Assembly (NCBI GenBank): GCA_001788955.1
Contig: MFXT01000026.1
Location: 53,877 to 117,876, forward strand
Origin: Candidatus Peribacteria bacterium RIFCSPHIGHO2_02_FULL_49_16
Lineage (GTDB): Bacteria > Patescibacteriota > Gracilibacteria > Peribacterales > Peribacteraceae
Reading direction: 5' to 3'
Length of the DNA stretch: 64,000 bases
In this document: piece by piece, positions 18,533-29,058 of the stretch
Layout: each line of letters begins with the position of its first letter
Position numbering within the stretch: the first letter of the stretch is position 1
Position numbers and translations under genes: made by a program
The notes under the pieces: generated by a model
Databases searched by the model: none
Told to the model about the DNA's origin: nothing
The model's input: only the letters and a program-made list of their open reading frames with translations

Positions 18533-20233
18533 TTACTTCTCTTTAGAGAAAAACCCGTGCTCACCCGTCTTCATATCCATAACGAAATTCTCCTGTGGGA
18601 ACAGAAAATAGATAAAATCATTGGGAATATGATACTGATCTTCAATTTCCTGCGGCTGCCAGTCAAAAACTTGATAGATGCCAAGGACATCGATGCCACC
18701 CACGTAAATGGTATGAATCTTCGTTTCCTCTGGAAGCGTCTTTCGATACTCCGTCTCCCGATACGTATCGATAATATATTTTGGCTGAAAGTTATCCCAC
18801 AAAATGAGCAACAAACGCGATCTCTCTTCAGGAGTAAACATATGAAATGCCGCATATCCGGGGCTGCTGATGGGATAATAAGGAATAAGATCCGTATCAT
18901 CATGCTCTAAAATGTATTCGAGAGCTTCTCTGTACGCGAGTCCCCAATAATCCAGTTCGAATTTTCCTTCCACAAAGCGGTTTGGAATCGAGAAATAGAT
19001 ATATTCCAGTGGATGATTACGGATCATGAAGATGCCAGTCATGAAAAAACTTATGATGAAAAGACTGGAAACCGTAAGCGGCAAGCCGTAAGCGGCAAGC
19101 CCATTGCTTCCTGCTTTCAGTTTTTGCATAAGCCAGCGCACGCCAATAACACCAATGAGTAAAAAGGCGGGATAAATAAAGAAGAGATGGCGCCACGTAT
19201 CAAAGATGCCGGCGCGAAGAATAATGACGGCGGCAATAGGACCAAAAAACCAGACAAGAAAAAGAAATTCTTCCTGTTTTTTGAGAATGAGCGTTGAAAG
19301 AGAACGTGCATAACGCATGAAAAAAGACGCACACCCAAGAAGAAAACACGCCGTATAAAGCAGTGGCGTCGAAATGAAGATCCAGACCGGAATCCAGTGC
19401 CACGGGTTGTAACCCAATTTCTCTCCCATATAGAAACCTCCCGGTCCTTTTGTGCTCATATAGCGGAACGCTTCGAGAAAATGTACAAAAGGATGCGTCC
19501 AGAGAAGAGGCCATAAACAAATCGTGAGAACAAACCACAGAACGCAATAAAAAAAGGACCATCGAAACGCATGGAGAAGACGCACACTTCTTCCTCCGGA
19601 TTTCCCAACCCATGCCTGCAGAAAAAGAAACAAGACTGTCAGAACAGGGAGAAGAACGCCGGTCATGCGCAAACTCACAAGGAGCGCGCATGCAAGCGCG
19701 TGCGCAAACACGGTCAAAAGACGCCTGCGTTCGGAAAAACACAAGAGCGTATACATCGATAGAATAAAAAGTGACATCGTCGGAATATCACGCGAGTTGA
19801 AGAACGCATGACCAAAGAGCCGCGGGCTCAAAACAAGCATCACTGCGGGAAGAAGGCCCCAGAACCAACTCTTGAAATGTTTTCTTCCCAAAAGATAGAG
19901 AAAAAACACACCGAGATAAAACACCAAAAAACTTACAAAATGCCGCATGAAAAATACCTGCTGTGCATTCTTCACCGAAAGAACCTTTTCGAGTGTGTAA
20001 AGAAACAATTCAAAAACCGTACCGTGATACCGTCGCCCGGGATCCGTCGTCCATTCCTTCCCATAAAATACCGTCTCGTATGCTTCCATTCCCATCACAT
20101 ACTGCGTCTTTTCATCCCAAGAAATTCCATAATTATCGTGCACCAAAACACCGATCACCAATACCACGAGAAAAAACACTCCCACAACCATGGTTCCGTA
20201 TTTTTCAGAGAACATACGCAGCGCTTGATACAT
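18533..20233 (-). CDS. Polytopic membrane glycosyltransferase (GT-C, ArnT/PMT-like)
   Basis: YGISWDE acidic loop after TM1, SPRLFGHAFFNSRDIP, RHLFFIYP, ELDYWG; many TM helices. Confidence 0.78.
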   Translation of the reverse strand: MYQALRMFSEKYGTMVVGVFFLVVLVIGVLVHDNYGISWDEKTQYVMGMEAYETVFYGKEWTTDPGRRYHGTVFELFLYTLEKVLSVKNAQQVFFMRHFVSFLVFYLGVFFLYLLGRKHFKSWFWGLLPAVMLVLSPRLFGHAFFNSRDIPTMSLFILSMYTLLCFSERRRLLTVFAHALACALLVSLRMTGVLLPVLTVLFLFLQAWVGKSGGRSVRLLHAFRWSFFYCVLWFVLTICLWPLLWTHPFVHFLEAFRYMSTKGPGGFYMGEKLGYNPWHWIPVWIFISTPLLYTACFLLGCASFFMRYARSLSTLILKKQEEFLFLVWFFGPIAAVIILRAGIFDTWRHLFFIYPAFLLIGVIGVRWLMQKLKAGSNGLAAYGLPLTVSSLFIISFFMTGIFMIRNHPLEYIYFSIPNRFVEGKFELDYWGLAYREALEYILEHDDTDLIPYYPISSPGYAAFHMFTPEERSRLLLILWDNFQPKYIIDTYRETEYRKTLPEETKIHTIYVGGIDVLGIYQVFDWQPQEIEDQYHIPNDFIYFLFPQENFVMDMKTGEHGFFSKEK

Positions 20234-20279
20234 CGCACTTCATTGTACGCGAGGAACTTTTCCATGCTACTCTTCTTGT

Positions 20280-21029
20280 ATGCAGCAACAGAAAGCCATT
20301 CTCTTGTGTTTACACGGATGGGGAGGATCGAAAGAATCATTTACAGAATTACGGGAAGCATTGAAGGATGCGGATATCACCATCCTCACACCCGATCTCC
20401 CCGGCTTTGGAGAAGAATCAGAACCCCCACGACCCTGGAACACAGATGATTATGCCCTTTGGGCTGAAGAGTGGCTGGCTCGTCACCTGCAACCTACAAC
20501 CTGCAACCTACAACCTCTTTACATACTTGGACATTCTCATGGCGGCCGCATCGCCCTAAAAATCGCGCACAATCAATCCCTACAACCTATCACGCATCTC
20601 TTCCTCTGTGCTGCGGCAGGCATTCGCCGTCCAAAACACACCAAGCGTATCATTGGCCTTACACTTGCAAAAACAGGGAAATTCGTGCTCTCTATCCCAG
20701 GATTCCATCTTCTTGCGCCTTTAGGAAAGAAATTTCTCTACAAGCTCTTCCGTGTCCACAATTATGAACGCGCAAGCCCGATCATGCGCCAAACGCTTAT
20801 CAACGTCACTAAAGAAGATATCCTACCATATTTGGCACAGATCAATTGTCCGACAGACATCTTCTGGGGAGAAGACGACCGAATGACGCCGCTTGCAGAC
20901 GGCATTCTGATGCACAAATCCATAAAAAACAGTGAATTCCACCATTTTTCCCACACCAGCCACCGTGTGCATCGGGATCGCGCAGAGGAGATTGCCAAGG
21001 TGATTCGCGCTAGAATAAGTCAGAAATGA
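20280..21029 (+). CDS. Alpha/beta hydrolase
   Basis: LHGWGG, DLPGFG, nucleophile elbow GHSHGG, WGEDD, late His. Confidence 0.88.
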   Translation: MQQQKAILLCLHGWGGSKESFTELREALKDADITILTPDLPGFGEESEPPRPWNTDDYALWAEEWLARHLQPTTCNLQPLYILGHSHGGRIALKIAHNQSLQPITHLFLCAAAGIRRPKHTKRIIGLTLAKTGKFVLSIPGFHLLAPLGKKFLYKLFRVHNYERASPIMRQTLINVTKEDILPYLAQINCPTDIFWGEDDRMTPLADGILMHKSIKNSEFHHFSHTSHRVHRDRAEEIAKVIRARISQK

Positions 21030-22441
21030 CCTCTGCTCTCCTCACCCTTCTCGTTCTCACCGCCTCTCTCTCTCCTCTCCTCACGTTTGCCGCACTCTGG
21101 CAAATGAAGGAATGGCGATGGGATCGATTGCGCGAGCATGTACGAGAAACAGGATGGGGACAACTGGTGGGAAAAGTACGACCGGCTCTGTTGCTACTTT
21201 TAGTCCTCCACATATTCGTTTCCAATGATGGATCTATCATTCTACTCATCCTCTTCGCATTCACAGGATTGAACATCCTGCAGATTTTTCTCAAAAAACA
21301 ACGCTATCCCGTATGGACGAAGAAAGCCATCATGCTCATGGGAACATCCGTCATTATTACTGCAATAATCGGATATATAGTAGTCGAAAGGTTACTCGTT
21401 ATTTTTGTTCCAATTTTTCAGCCTCTCATCCTCACTCTGGCCCTAACCCTTTTCCTTCCTCTAGATCGATTTCTCAAAAATCGAATACTGCAAAAAGCAA
21501 AAACTCTTCGCTCGCGGTTTCCTAAACTCGTTGTCATCGGCATCACGGGAAGTGTTGGAAAGACAACCACAAAAGAACTTCTCGCACATCTTCTGCAGGA
21601 CAAAAAACCTCTCGTTACCCCGGAGCACGTCAATACCGAACTTGGTGTCGCAAACTGGATAATAGAAAAATTATGCGATGTACAACAATTGTCCGAACAA
21701 GTCGTGATTATCGAGATGGGTGCCTACTGCAAAGGGGAAATCGCCACTCTTTGCTCCATGACTCAACCAACAATCGGTATCATCACCATGATCGGTTCTC
21801 AACACCTCGGCCTCTTCGGATCACAGAAACATATCGTTGATGCAAAAGGAGAGCTCTTCGATGCTCTCCCCCATTCCGGCCGTGCATTCATCAATGCAGA
21901 GTCGCCTTTTCTCGATGTTCTCCGAAAAAAATGCCAATGTCCATGCAATGTCATCGAAAAAAAAACAATTCTAAAAAATCCCCGCTTTAATGCAGATATT
22001 GCAATAGTGGTGGCAAAATTCTTGGGTGTAAACGAGCAACAAGTGAACGAGAAACTCGCGACGTTCTCTCTGCCGAAACATACATTCTCTATTCGTAAGC
22101 AATCGAATATCACGATCCTCGACGATACGCATAACAGCAGTCCCGAGAGTTTTCGCGTCGCCATCGAATGGGCACGAATCCAGCCCCAGAAAGAAAAAAT
22201 CCTCCTCGCCTCCGGCATCATCGAACTGGGAAAAGAATCTGATCGCATCCATGAAGAACTTGGCACTCTTGCCACCTCCGTCTTCTCCAAAGCTCTTATT
22301 GTCAACTCCTCTGCTGCCAAAGCCTTTGCAAAAGGATTTCAAAAACCCTTGTCGCCTATCCCCTGTCACCTATCCTCTCATTCTCTTCTCTGCTGCATCG
22401 GGCGCATTCCTCCATCTTTAATAAAAAAATTCCTTTCATAA
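21026..22441 (+). CDS. murF: UDP-MurNAc-tripeptide:D-Ala-D-Ala ligase (MurF-like) with N-terminal TM segments
   Basis: GITGSVGKTTTKE, NTELG, IEMGA, QHLGLFGS, KGEL, DDTHNSSP, IELG. Confidence 0.82.
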   Translation: MTSALLTLLVLTASLSPLLTFAALWQMKEWRWDRLREHVRETGWGQLVGKVRPALLLLLVLHIFVSNDGSIILLILFAFTGLNILQIFLKKQRYPVWTKKAIMLMGTSVIITAIIGYIVVERLLVIFVPIFQPLILTLALTLFLPLDRFLKNRILQKAKTLRSRFPKLVVIGITGSVGKTTTKELLAHLLQDKKPLVTPEHVNTELGVANWIIEKLCDVQQLSEQVVIIEMGAYCKGEIATLCSMTQPTIGIITMIGSQHLGLFGSQKHIVDAKGELFDALPHSGRAFINAESPFLDVLRKKCQCPCNVIEKKTILKNPRFNADIAIVVAKFLGVNEQQVNEKLATFSLPKHTFSIRKQSNITILDDTHNSSPESFRVAIEWARIQPQKEKILLASGIIELGKESDRIHEELGTLATSVFSKALIVNSSAAKAFAKGFQKPLSPIPCHLSSHSLLCCIGRIPPSLIKKFLS

Positions 22442-22454
22442 GTTTCAATTTTCA

Positions 22455-23654
22455 ATGCTCAATTTATCTTCTCCTATCAATCACACTTTCGCTCCTCACG
22501 TCGATACGTGTTATGTATTCCATGCTCTTTGGTTGGCAATGCAGCCATGGAAGTGGAGAAAGGGAAAAGAACAGGAGAAGCTTCGTGAAGCGCTTGAGCA
22601 GTACTTCGATGCAGACGTGACGCTCTTCGCCTCCGGACGCGAAGCACTTCTCGCACTTTTACAATCCCTCAAGGTCAAAGAAGGCGATGAAGTTATCGTA
22701 CAAGGTTATACCTGTACCGTCATCCCGAATGCCATTCATGCCACAGGGGCACAACCTGTGTATGCTGACATTGATCCGGAAACGTTGAATCTCACAAAAG
22801 AAACTGTGGAGCCCCTCATCTCCAATCGCACACGTGCAATCATTTGTCAGCACACTTTCGGTATTCCCGCAGATACAGAAAAACTCCGGACACTCTGTGA
22901 TGAGTACGCGATTCCCCTTATCGAAGACTGCGCTCACATCATTCCCGATGTCAAAGGACCCAAAGAAATCGGAAAATATGGAGACTATCTCTTCTTAAGT
23001 TTTGGAAGAGATAAGGCGATTTCTGGGATTGCCGGTGGAGCACTTGTGAGAAAGGGGCCACGGATGGCAGGCAAATTCCACATGCCAAATACATTCCAAA
23101 TGCCACATTCCAAAACGATCCGTCTCCTGCTTTATCCTCTTATATATTCCTTTGCGCGGCCGCTGTATGGGATTGGAATTGGAAAAATGTTTCTATGGCT
23201 TTGCGGAAAACTCGGTCTTCTTGTCCCCATTATGACAAACAACGAAAAAAAGGGGCACATGGTCATGACTTTTCACGAAATCCCCAATGCCATTGCCGGA
23301 ATCGCCGTTGCACAATTCCAAAAACTTCAGCTAATCAATGACCATCGTCGAATATTGACACAGTTATATTTGCAAGCATGCAAAGACAACAACTGGAAAA
23401 CGCTTGATGGCATCACCGAAGATCTTCCCCTGCAAAAATTCCCCCTGTTCATTCAAAACGCAGATTCCATTCGCAATCAATTCAAAAAATATAATATCCA
23501 TCTCCATGACGGTTGGACCGGCTGTACGATCATCACAGAAAGTGTTCATGCCAAGACCATCGAAAAACACATTTTGAATCTCCCGACTCATCCCACAATG
23601 ACCAACAAACAAGCACAGAAGCTTATACGTTCTCTTAAAAACATTCATCAATGA
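22455..23654 (+). CDS. DegT/DnrJ/EryC1/StrS-family PLP aminotransferase
   Basis: SGREAL, QHTFG, IEDCAH, SFGRDK (PLP lysine), LNLPTHP. Confidence 0.85.
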   Translation: MLNLSSPINHTFAPHVDTCYVFHALWLAMQPWKWRKGKEQEKLREALEQYFDADVTLFASGREALLALLQSLKVKEGDEVIVQGYTCTVIPNAIHATGAQPVYADIDPETLNLTKETVEPLISNRTRAIICQHTFGIPADTEKLRTLCDEYAIPLIEDCAHIIPDVKGPKEIGKYGDYLFLSFGRDKAISGIAGGALVRKGPRMAGKFHMPNTFQMPHSKTIRLLLYPLIYSFARPLYGIGIGKMFLWLCGKLGLLVPIMTNNEKKGHMVMTFHEIPNAIAGIAVAQFQKLQLINDHRRILTQLYLQACKDNNWKTLDGITEDLPLQKFPLFIQNADSIRNQFKKYNIHLHDGWTGCTIITESVHAKTIEKHILNLPTHPTMTNKQAQKLIRSLKNIHQ

Positions 23655-24682
23655 TCGCCATTCAACCAGCAACGGATTTGCAGACGTGGAATTCCTTTCT
23701 CGCATCTCAACCCTTTTCTCCTTTCTTGCAAAGTTTTGAAATGGGAGAAGTCTATCGGGATCTTGGTCAAGAGCCTATTCGACTGGAAATATGGGAAGAT
23801 GGCAAAATCGTGGGAACGTGTTTTGGACATGTGGTACCGGCGAGGAGAGGAAGGCATTTGGCTATACCGTATGGACCAGTAATAGCAGCAAGCTGCAGAC
23901 AGGAAACTGTACGCTTGCTCATGGAAGCATTAAAAGACAGTGCATCAACTCACCATTGTTCATTTATTCGTATAAGTCCCTTCTGGAAAAACAATTCTCC
24001 ATACCAAATTCCCTATGCAAAATCTGCCCCTCTGCACCTCTTGGCAGAACACATTTGGCTCCTCGATCTGAAAGAAAAAACAGGGGAGGATATCTTGAAA
24101 GACATGCGAAAAACGACGCGGAACCTTATTCGTCGCGCCGAGAAAGAAGGGGTCCAAGTTCGCGCATCCGATGACCCGCTTCGCGATCTTCCCATCTTCC
24201 TCAAACTCCACGAAGAAACACGCAAACGCCACTCCTTCACTCCCTACACCAATGCATTCTTCGAAGCTCAAGTCAGAAATTTTCATAAAAAATCACGCAC
24301 AGATGTAACCTGCACATTATATATAGCAACCTACAATTTAGAACCCATCGCCTCCTCCATCCACATGCACTTCGGAGGCGAAACGAGCTACCATCACGGT
24401 GCAAGCACGCACAAATATCCCAAAATTCCCGCCAGTTACCTGCTCCAATGGACTGCCATTCAAGATGCCCTCACGCATGGCGATCATCTCTACAACTTTT
24501 GGGGTGTTGCTCCAAGAGGTCTACAACCTAAAAAACATCCTTTCGCCGGAGTAACCACATTCAAAATCGGCTTCGGCGGCTATCCTCTTGAGCTCATGCA
24601 TTGTATCGACATCCCACTGAAGAGCAGTTATTACCTCACACGAGGATTTGAAACACTTCGAAAGTGGAAACGTGGTTTCTAA
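23651..24682 (+). CDS. femX: FemABX-family aminoacyl-tRNA-dependent peptidyltransferase
   Basis: FLQSFEMG, YGPV, MRKTTRNLIRRAEK, YHHGAS, YLLQW, YNFWG, GVTTFKIGFGG. Confidence 0.88.
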   Translation: MIAIQPATDLQTWNSFLASQPFSPFLQSFEMGEVYRDLGQEPIRLEIWEDGKIVGTCFGHVVPARRGRHLAIPYGPVIAASCRQETVRLLMEALKDSASTHHCSFIRISPFWKNNSPYQIPYAKSAPLHLLAEHIWLLDLKEKTGEDILKDMRKTTRNLIRRAEKEGVQVRASDDPLRDLPIFLKLHEETRKRHSFTPYTNAFFEAQVRNFHKKSRTDVTCTLYIATYNLEPIASSIHMHFGGETSYHHGASTHKYPKIPASYLLQWTAIQDALTHGDHLYNFWGVAPRGLQPKKHPFAGVTTFKIGFGGYPLELMHCIDIPLKSSYYLTRGFETLRKWKRGF

Positions 24683-24700
24683 AAACGTATACTTCATTCC

Positions 24701-25003
24701 ATGAGCAAGGAGCAGAAAAAAACCATCACAGAGATGACCATTGATGAAAAACTCACCGTCATCGCCGATTGTATAGAACATATGAACAGGCGTGATCGGT
24801 GGCGCGCCATCGGCAACATCATCCGCACAATAATTATTCTTCTTCCCATCCTCATCGCTTTGGGAAGCATTTGGTATCTTTACGAGAATATTGGAATACT
24901 CCTGCAGCAATCACTGGAAACAGTCACGAATCGTTTTGGAGGCGGTACAGAGCAGCTTCTCCTGCAAATTCGCTCAATAATGGAACAGAATACTCATCAG
25001 TAA
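24701..25003 (+). CDS. Hypothetical single-pass membrane protein
   Basis: 100 aa, one TM helix; TATACT box 7 nt upstream of ATG. Confidence 0.7.
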   Translation: MSKEQKKTITEMTIDEKLTVIADCIEHMNRRDRWRAIGNIIRTIIILLPILIALGSIWYLYENIGILLQQSLETVTNRFGGGTEQLLLQIRSIMEQNTHQ

Positions 25004-26409
25004 TTGGAGAGACGCTCCATGAGCGAATCTGCACTCATGGTCTTCTGTACAAGGATACTCGGCAGACGCAGTAATTGTTCTCGCGTAAAACTCATATCGG
25101 AAGCAACGCCGATACCAAAGAGATACCCTGCATCTTCCGCCTGATTGGCCACGCGGTTATTCACTCCCCCGCTTGGGTACGCAATAGCGACTGGCATGCG
25201 ATTCGTAAATTTCTCAAGAATATGACGACTTTGCAACATCTCGGTGGAAAGCTGCGCATTCGTGAGTGAACGGAAATCCTCACCACTCCATCCTCCGGAT
25301 TGCACATCAAATCCATTCGCAAGGAGCATGCGCACATCCTGCTCGGTTATATACGACTTGCCCATGTCCTTTAAGAGAGGAAAGAACGTTGCAAGCACAC
25401 CCTGCTTCTGTAAGAGATTCGCTGCGGCATGCACCGTTTCTGTCGTGCCATTTGTCAATGCAAGTATAACGCTCTTGGGCGGAAGACGCACATCCTGTTT
25501 TTCTTGTTGCAAAAGCAAATCATACAATTGTCGCATTGTCATAAATCGCATTCCTTCGGACTGCAAACGTTTTATATGTGTTGACAGATAATCGGTAATC
25601 TCTGTATCGGATAAATCGAATCGCAAAATCGGGAGACGATAGTGATCCTGGCGAACGACGATAGCTGGTAGAAAAGGTGAAAGATATTGCACGGCAACAT
25701 ATCCTTCTTTCCCTTCAAACGGCACACGTGCCCATGTGTCATCCATACTGATGGGACGTACCAAAGCTTGTCCGGCAAGCTCACCGAGCTTTCCACTATT
25801 TGCATCAGGTTCCTTGCGTACATTCAAAAATGCAAAATCTACAAAATATACACCGGAGAATTTTTCTTTTTCTTCTTGTAGATTCTGATCACTCGCGATA
25901 CGTGCAATATAACGCTGTGCTACATATCCTTCACGATCGAGGGATGATACAAGAACACGCGCCCATGCTGCATCGACAAATTCTATTACCTGAAGGGTGT
26001 CTCCCCGAACAAGACGCGCCACAGATTCTGATGTTATCGAAGGATTCGCACGAACATTGAGAAATGCATTGTTCACTTTATAGAGATCATTTTGAGTCTC
26101 CGTACCCGATCGCAATACCCCATACGCATCAAGAAGAGACAAGTCTACAACGCCATCTTCCGGTTCCATCTGCGGACCAAGGGGTTTCAAAAACGGTACT
26201 CCTTCCTCTTGTTCTTTTTCCTCTTCATAAAAAGGGGCAGTAGATCCATCATCATTTTCTACCGTACTCGTCCACTCCCGAAAACGCGCGATATCTTCCG
26301 CGGTAAATGCAAATTCATCATTTTCACGTCCTGCATTCGAGGCACTACACCCGATAAGGAGTACACTGATACAAAGAGTAATATGCCGATACGAATGAAT
26401 ATGTATCAT
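24997..26409 (-). CDS. Lipoprotein with two SH3_3-like domains and a degenerate polysaccharide deacetylase (CE4) domain
   Basis: LLIGC lipobox; two FLNVR...W.RV...EGYVA..Y repeats; LPPKSVIL, ATFF and IAYPSG, but the TFDDG and HxxxH motifs are lost. Confidence 0.78.
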   Translation of the reverse strand: MIHIHSYRHITLCISVLLIGCSASNAGRENDEFAFTAEDIARFREWTSTVENDDGSTAPFYEEEKEQEEGVPFLKPLGPQMEPEDGVVDLSLLDAYGVLRSGTETQNDLYKVNNAFLNVRANPSITSESVARLVRGDTLQVIEFVDAAWARVLVSSLDREGYVAQRYIARIASDQNLQEEKEKFSGVYFVDFAFLNVRKEPDANSGKLGELAGQALVRPISMDDTWARVPFEGKEGYVAVQYLSPFLPAIVVRQDHYRLPILRFDLSDTEITDYLSTHIKRLQSEGMRFMTMRQLYDLLLQQEKQDVRLPPKSVILALTNGTTETVHAAANLLQKQGVLATFFPLLKDMGKSYITEQDVRMLLANGFDVQSGGWSGEDFRSLTNAQLSTEMLQSRHILEKFTNRMPVAIAYPSGGVNNRVANQAEDAGYLFGIGVASDMSFTREQLLRLPSILVQKTMSADSLMERLSNY

Positions 26410-26421
26410 ACAAACAAAGCG

Positions 26422-28125
26422 TTACATGGATTCCGGAAAACGAAGACAGAGGAGCTCTCCTCCTGTTTTAAGAAGAGATGCAGTGGAAGACGTAAGGAAC
26501 AGACGACGCTCACGTTCTATAGGAGATGAGCGCAGAATAGCATCACTATTGTAAAACGCATTGAACCGCTGACACAACAGAAAGAGATATTGTGCAAGAA
26601 TATGGGGCATATATTCCATTCTCGCTTCCTCAAGCACACGGGGAAACTGAATCAGAGTATTGACAAGATCGCGCTCATGACCGGTAAAATTTTCCGTTTC
26701 AAGAGCATCTGTCGGCGATCCATTCCATTCTCCTTTACGCACAACGGATCGCGCACGGGCGTATGTATATTGCAAATAGGGAGCACTGTTGCCATCAAAA
26801 TGCAAAAATTTTTCCCAATCGAAGGTGATATCCGCATTGCGATTTTGGCTGACAATTCCATAGACCACTGACCCTACTCCCATCATCTCTGCAAGCGCTT
26901 TCGGATCATCTGTCTGGATTAAATCCCCGCGATCTTTAATGATGGACATGGCACGCCCTACTGCTTCATCCAATATTCTTTCCAGTCGAATGATAGTGCC
27001 CTTGCGCGTGCTCATCGTTGCATCCGCGAAACGCATGCGCCCAACGAGAACATTGCAGAAATGAGGCAATACCCATTGTAATTTTTGACATGTCGCAATG
27101 AGCTGACGAAAGTGCAATTCTTGTGCACGGTCTGTACAAATCAGAATAGATTCCGGATGATAGATATCGATGCGATAGCGCATCTGCGCCAGATCACGTG
27201 TCGCATAGAGCGTTGCTCCGTCACTTTTACGAACCATGTACGGCGGAAGATGCGTGTCCTCGGGAAATTCTACAATGAGAGCACCCTCTTCTCCTTCCGT
27301 AAATACACCTTTCTTCACTCCTTCCTCAAGAATTGGTTGCATCTTTCCTTCATAGAAGCTTTCACTGATGTCCGTATCAAAATGAACATGCAAGCGATCG
27401 TATAGCGCGGAAAGAGAAGATTTTGTGATCGATACCACATCTCGCCAGAACGCCCGCAGCTCTGCATCACCTTCTTCCAGTTTTCGAAATGCCGCACGTC
27501 CTTCGCCCTCGAGAGAAATGTCTTTTTCCGTCTCCTTATGAAATCGCACATAGAGATTCAAAAGTTCATCAATGGAATATTCTTTCACAGGACGATCATC
27601 TCCCCACCGCCTATAGGAAACAGCCAACTTTCCAAATTGTGTTCCCCAATCACCCGTATAGTTCCATGTAAGAACATGATAGCCGGCGTGGCGGTGCATG
27701 TTAGCGATTGCCTGACCGATGATCGTGGAGAGAAGGTGGTGTGCACCAAGGGGCTTGGCAATATTTGGCTGCGAGTATTCCACGATAACCGGTGCTTCCT
27801 TTGTACGTACAGTCATCGGTTCACTATACGAAACGCTGATCTGCGCTTGTCGAAGAAGCTCCTTTACGGTAAACCACACATTCACAAATCCCGGCCCGGC
27901 AAGCTCTGATCGTTCTACGAAAGGAAGCATACCAATCGCAGTACAGATAACCTGTGCAATATCGCGTGGCGATTTCCCTATCTTTGTAGCCAGACGAAGC
28001 GCAATCGATGTGGAGACATCTCCATGCTCAACACTACCGGAAACATCCCATTCCACAGAAATATCCGTCATCGAATACGTGTCTGCGAGCACACGCGTGG
28101 TACACTGTGATAATTCATCAAACAT
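26422..28125 (-). CDS. argS: Arginine--tRNA ligase
   Basis: HGD, AGPGFVN, VEYSQPNIAKPL, GDWGTQFG, KSDG..LY.TRDLA, MSTRKG, GNSAPYLQY.YAR, C-terminal PESM. Confidence 0.95.
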   Translation of the reverse strand: MFDELSQCTTRVLADTYSMTDISVEWDVSGSVEHGDVSTSIALRLATKIGKSPRDIAQVICTAIGMLPFVERSELAGPGFVNVWFTVKELLRQAQISVSYSEPMTVRTKEAPVIVEYSQPNIAKPLGAHHLLSTIIGQAIANMHRHAGYHVLTWNYTGDWGTQFGKLAVSYRRWGDDRPVKEYSIDELLNLYVRFHKETEKDISLEGEGRAAFRKLEEGDAELRAFWRDVVSITKSSLSALYDRLHVHFDTDISESFYEGKMQPILEEGVKKGVFTEGEEGALIVEFPEDTHLPPYMVRKSDGATLYATRDLAQMRYRIDIYHPESILICTDRAQELHFRQLIATCQKLQWVLPHFCNVLVGRMRFADATMSTRKGTIIRLERILDEAVGRAMSIIKDRGDLIQTDDPKALAEMMGVGSVVYGIVSQNRNADITFDWEKFLHFDGNSAPYLQYTYARARSVVRKGEWNGSPTDALETENFTGHERDLVNTLIQFPRVLEEARMEYMPHILAQYLFLLCQRFNAFYNSDAILRSSPIERERRLFLTSSTASLLKTGGELLCLRFPESM

Positions 28126-28175
28126 ACGTGGCCAAAGAATACCATTCAAACCATATTCACGGTATACTCTCTTTC

Positions 28176-29015
28176 GTGCACATACGTCATCTCCTTGCCA
28201 TCATTCTGTGCGCTGTACTCTTTAGTGGATGCTCTTTTACAGAAGAGCCACCCATGCAGACCGTCAAAAATGCAAAAAATGCCACGATTTTTGCGGAATA
28301 CATTTTGCAAATTTTCCGCAGATCTTCGATGCCGCAACGACCTGCGGCCAGCTTAGGCGTCCACGTGGGTCGTTCTATAGGTCACTATCCAAATCCCACC
28401 ATACATGGAGCTCTCTATGCCATTGATATTCTCACTCTCTTCTTCACCGAAGAGAGCACGACTGATAAAGATATTGCCATCCTGCAGCAGCTGGGAAACC
28501 AATTACAGATCAATGTAATCGATATGCTTAATCGAAGTACTGATCGTGCGCAAGCTCTCAATCAATACACGGAACATCTACGATCTCTTGCAGAAGAAGT
28601 ACAAAATACCCTTACACGCGTACGATCGCAGGAAAAGGATCTTTCTTCAGAGATACGTATGCAAAAAACGCGTGTAAACCAACTTCAGAGGGACATAAAC
28701 AAACAGTTGATTGAACAGCAGTTTTCGGTTGTAGGAATCCTACAGGAAGAGCTTGTCCGTATGCGAATCGAGTTGGCAGAAGCAGAGGCGCATGCGCAGC
28801 GAATGGAAAGTATTGCCGATACTCTCGAAGATCTCCTCTCTGTCGCTGCAAAGCGTTTGGAAGCCATTGCAAAGAATCGAGAAGCGCTTATCACGGGGAT
28901 CAAAATCACCGAACTCCCCGGTACGGCGGAACTTGGAATCATTGAAAAAAGCAATGGGAAAATAAATAGCTTTAGAAAGCCAAAAAGTGGTCTTCTGGAC
29001 TTCTCGGATCTTTAA
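28176..29015 (+). CDS. Hypothetical coiled-coil lipoprotein
   Basis: GTG start with TATACT upstream, LFSGC lipobox, long coiled coil. Directly upstream of the VirB4-like ATPase. Confidence 0.7.
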   Translation: MHIRHLLAIILCAVLFSGCSFTEEPPMQTVKNAKNATIFAEYILQIFRRSSMPQRPAASLGVHVGRSIGHYPNPTIHGALYAIDILTLFFTEESTTDKDIAILQQLGNQLQINVIDMLNRSTDRAQALNQYTEHLRSLAEEVQNTLTRVRSQEKDLSSEIRMQKTRVNQLQRDINKQLIEQQFSVVGILQEELVRMRIELAEAEAHAQRMESIADTLEDLLSVAAKRLEAIAKNREALITGIKITELPGTAELGIIEKSNGKINSFRKPKSGLLDFSDL

Positions 29016-29058
29016 GGAGCTTGCGAAATAGCGCTTTTTCTGGCAAAATAGTGAGATT

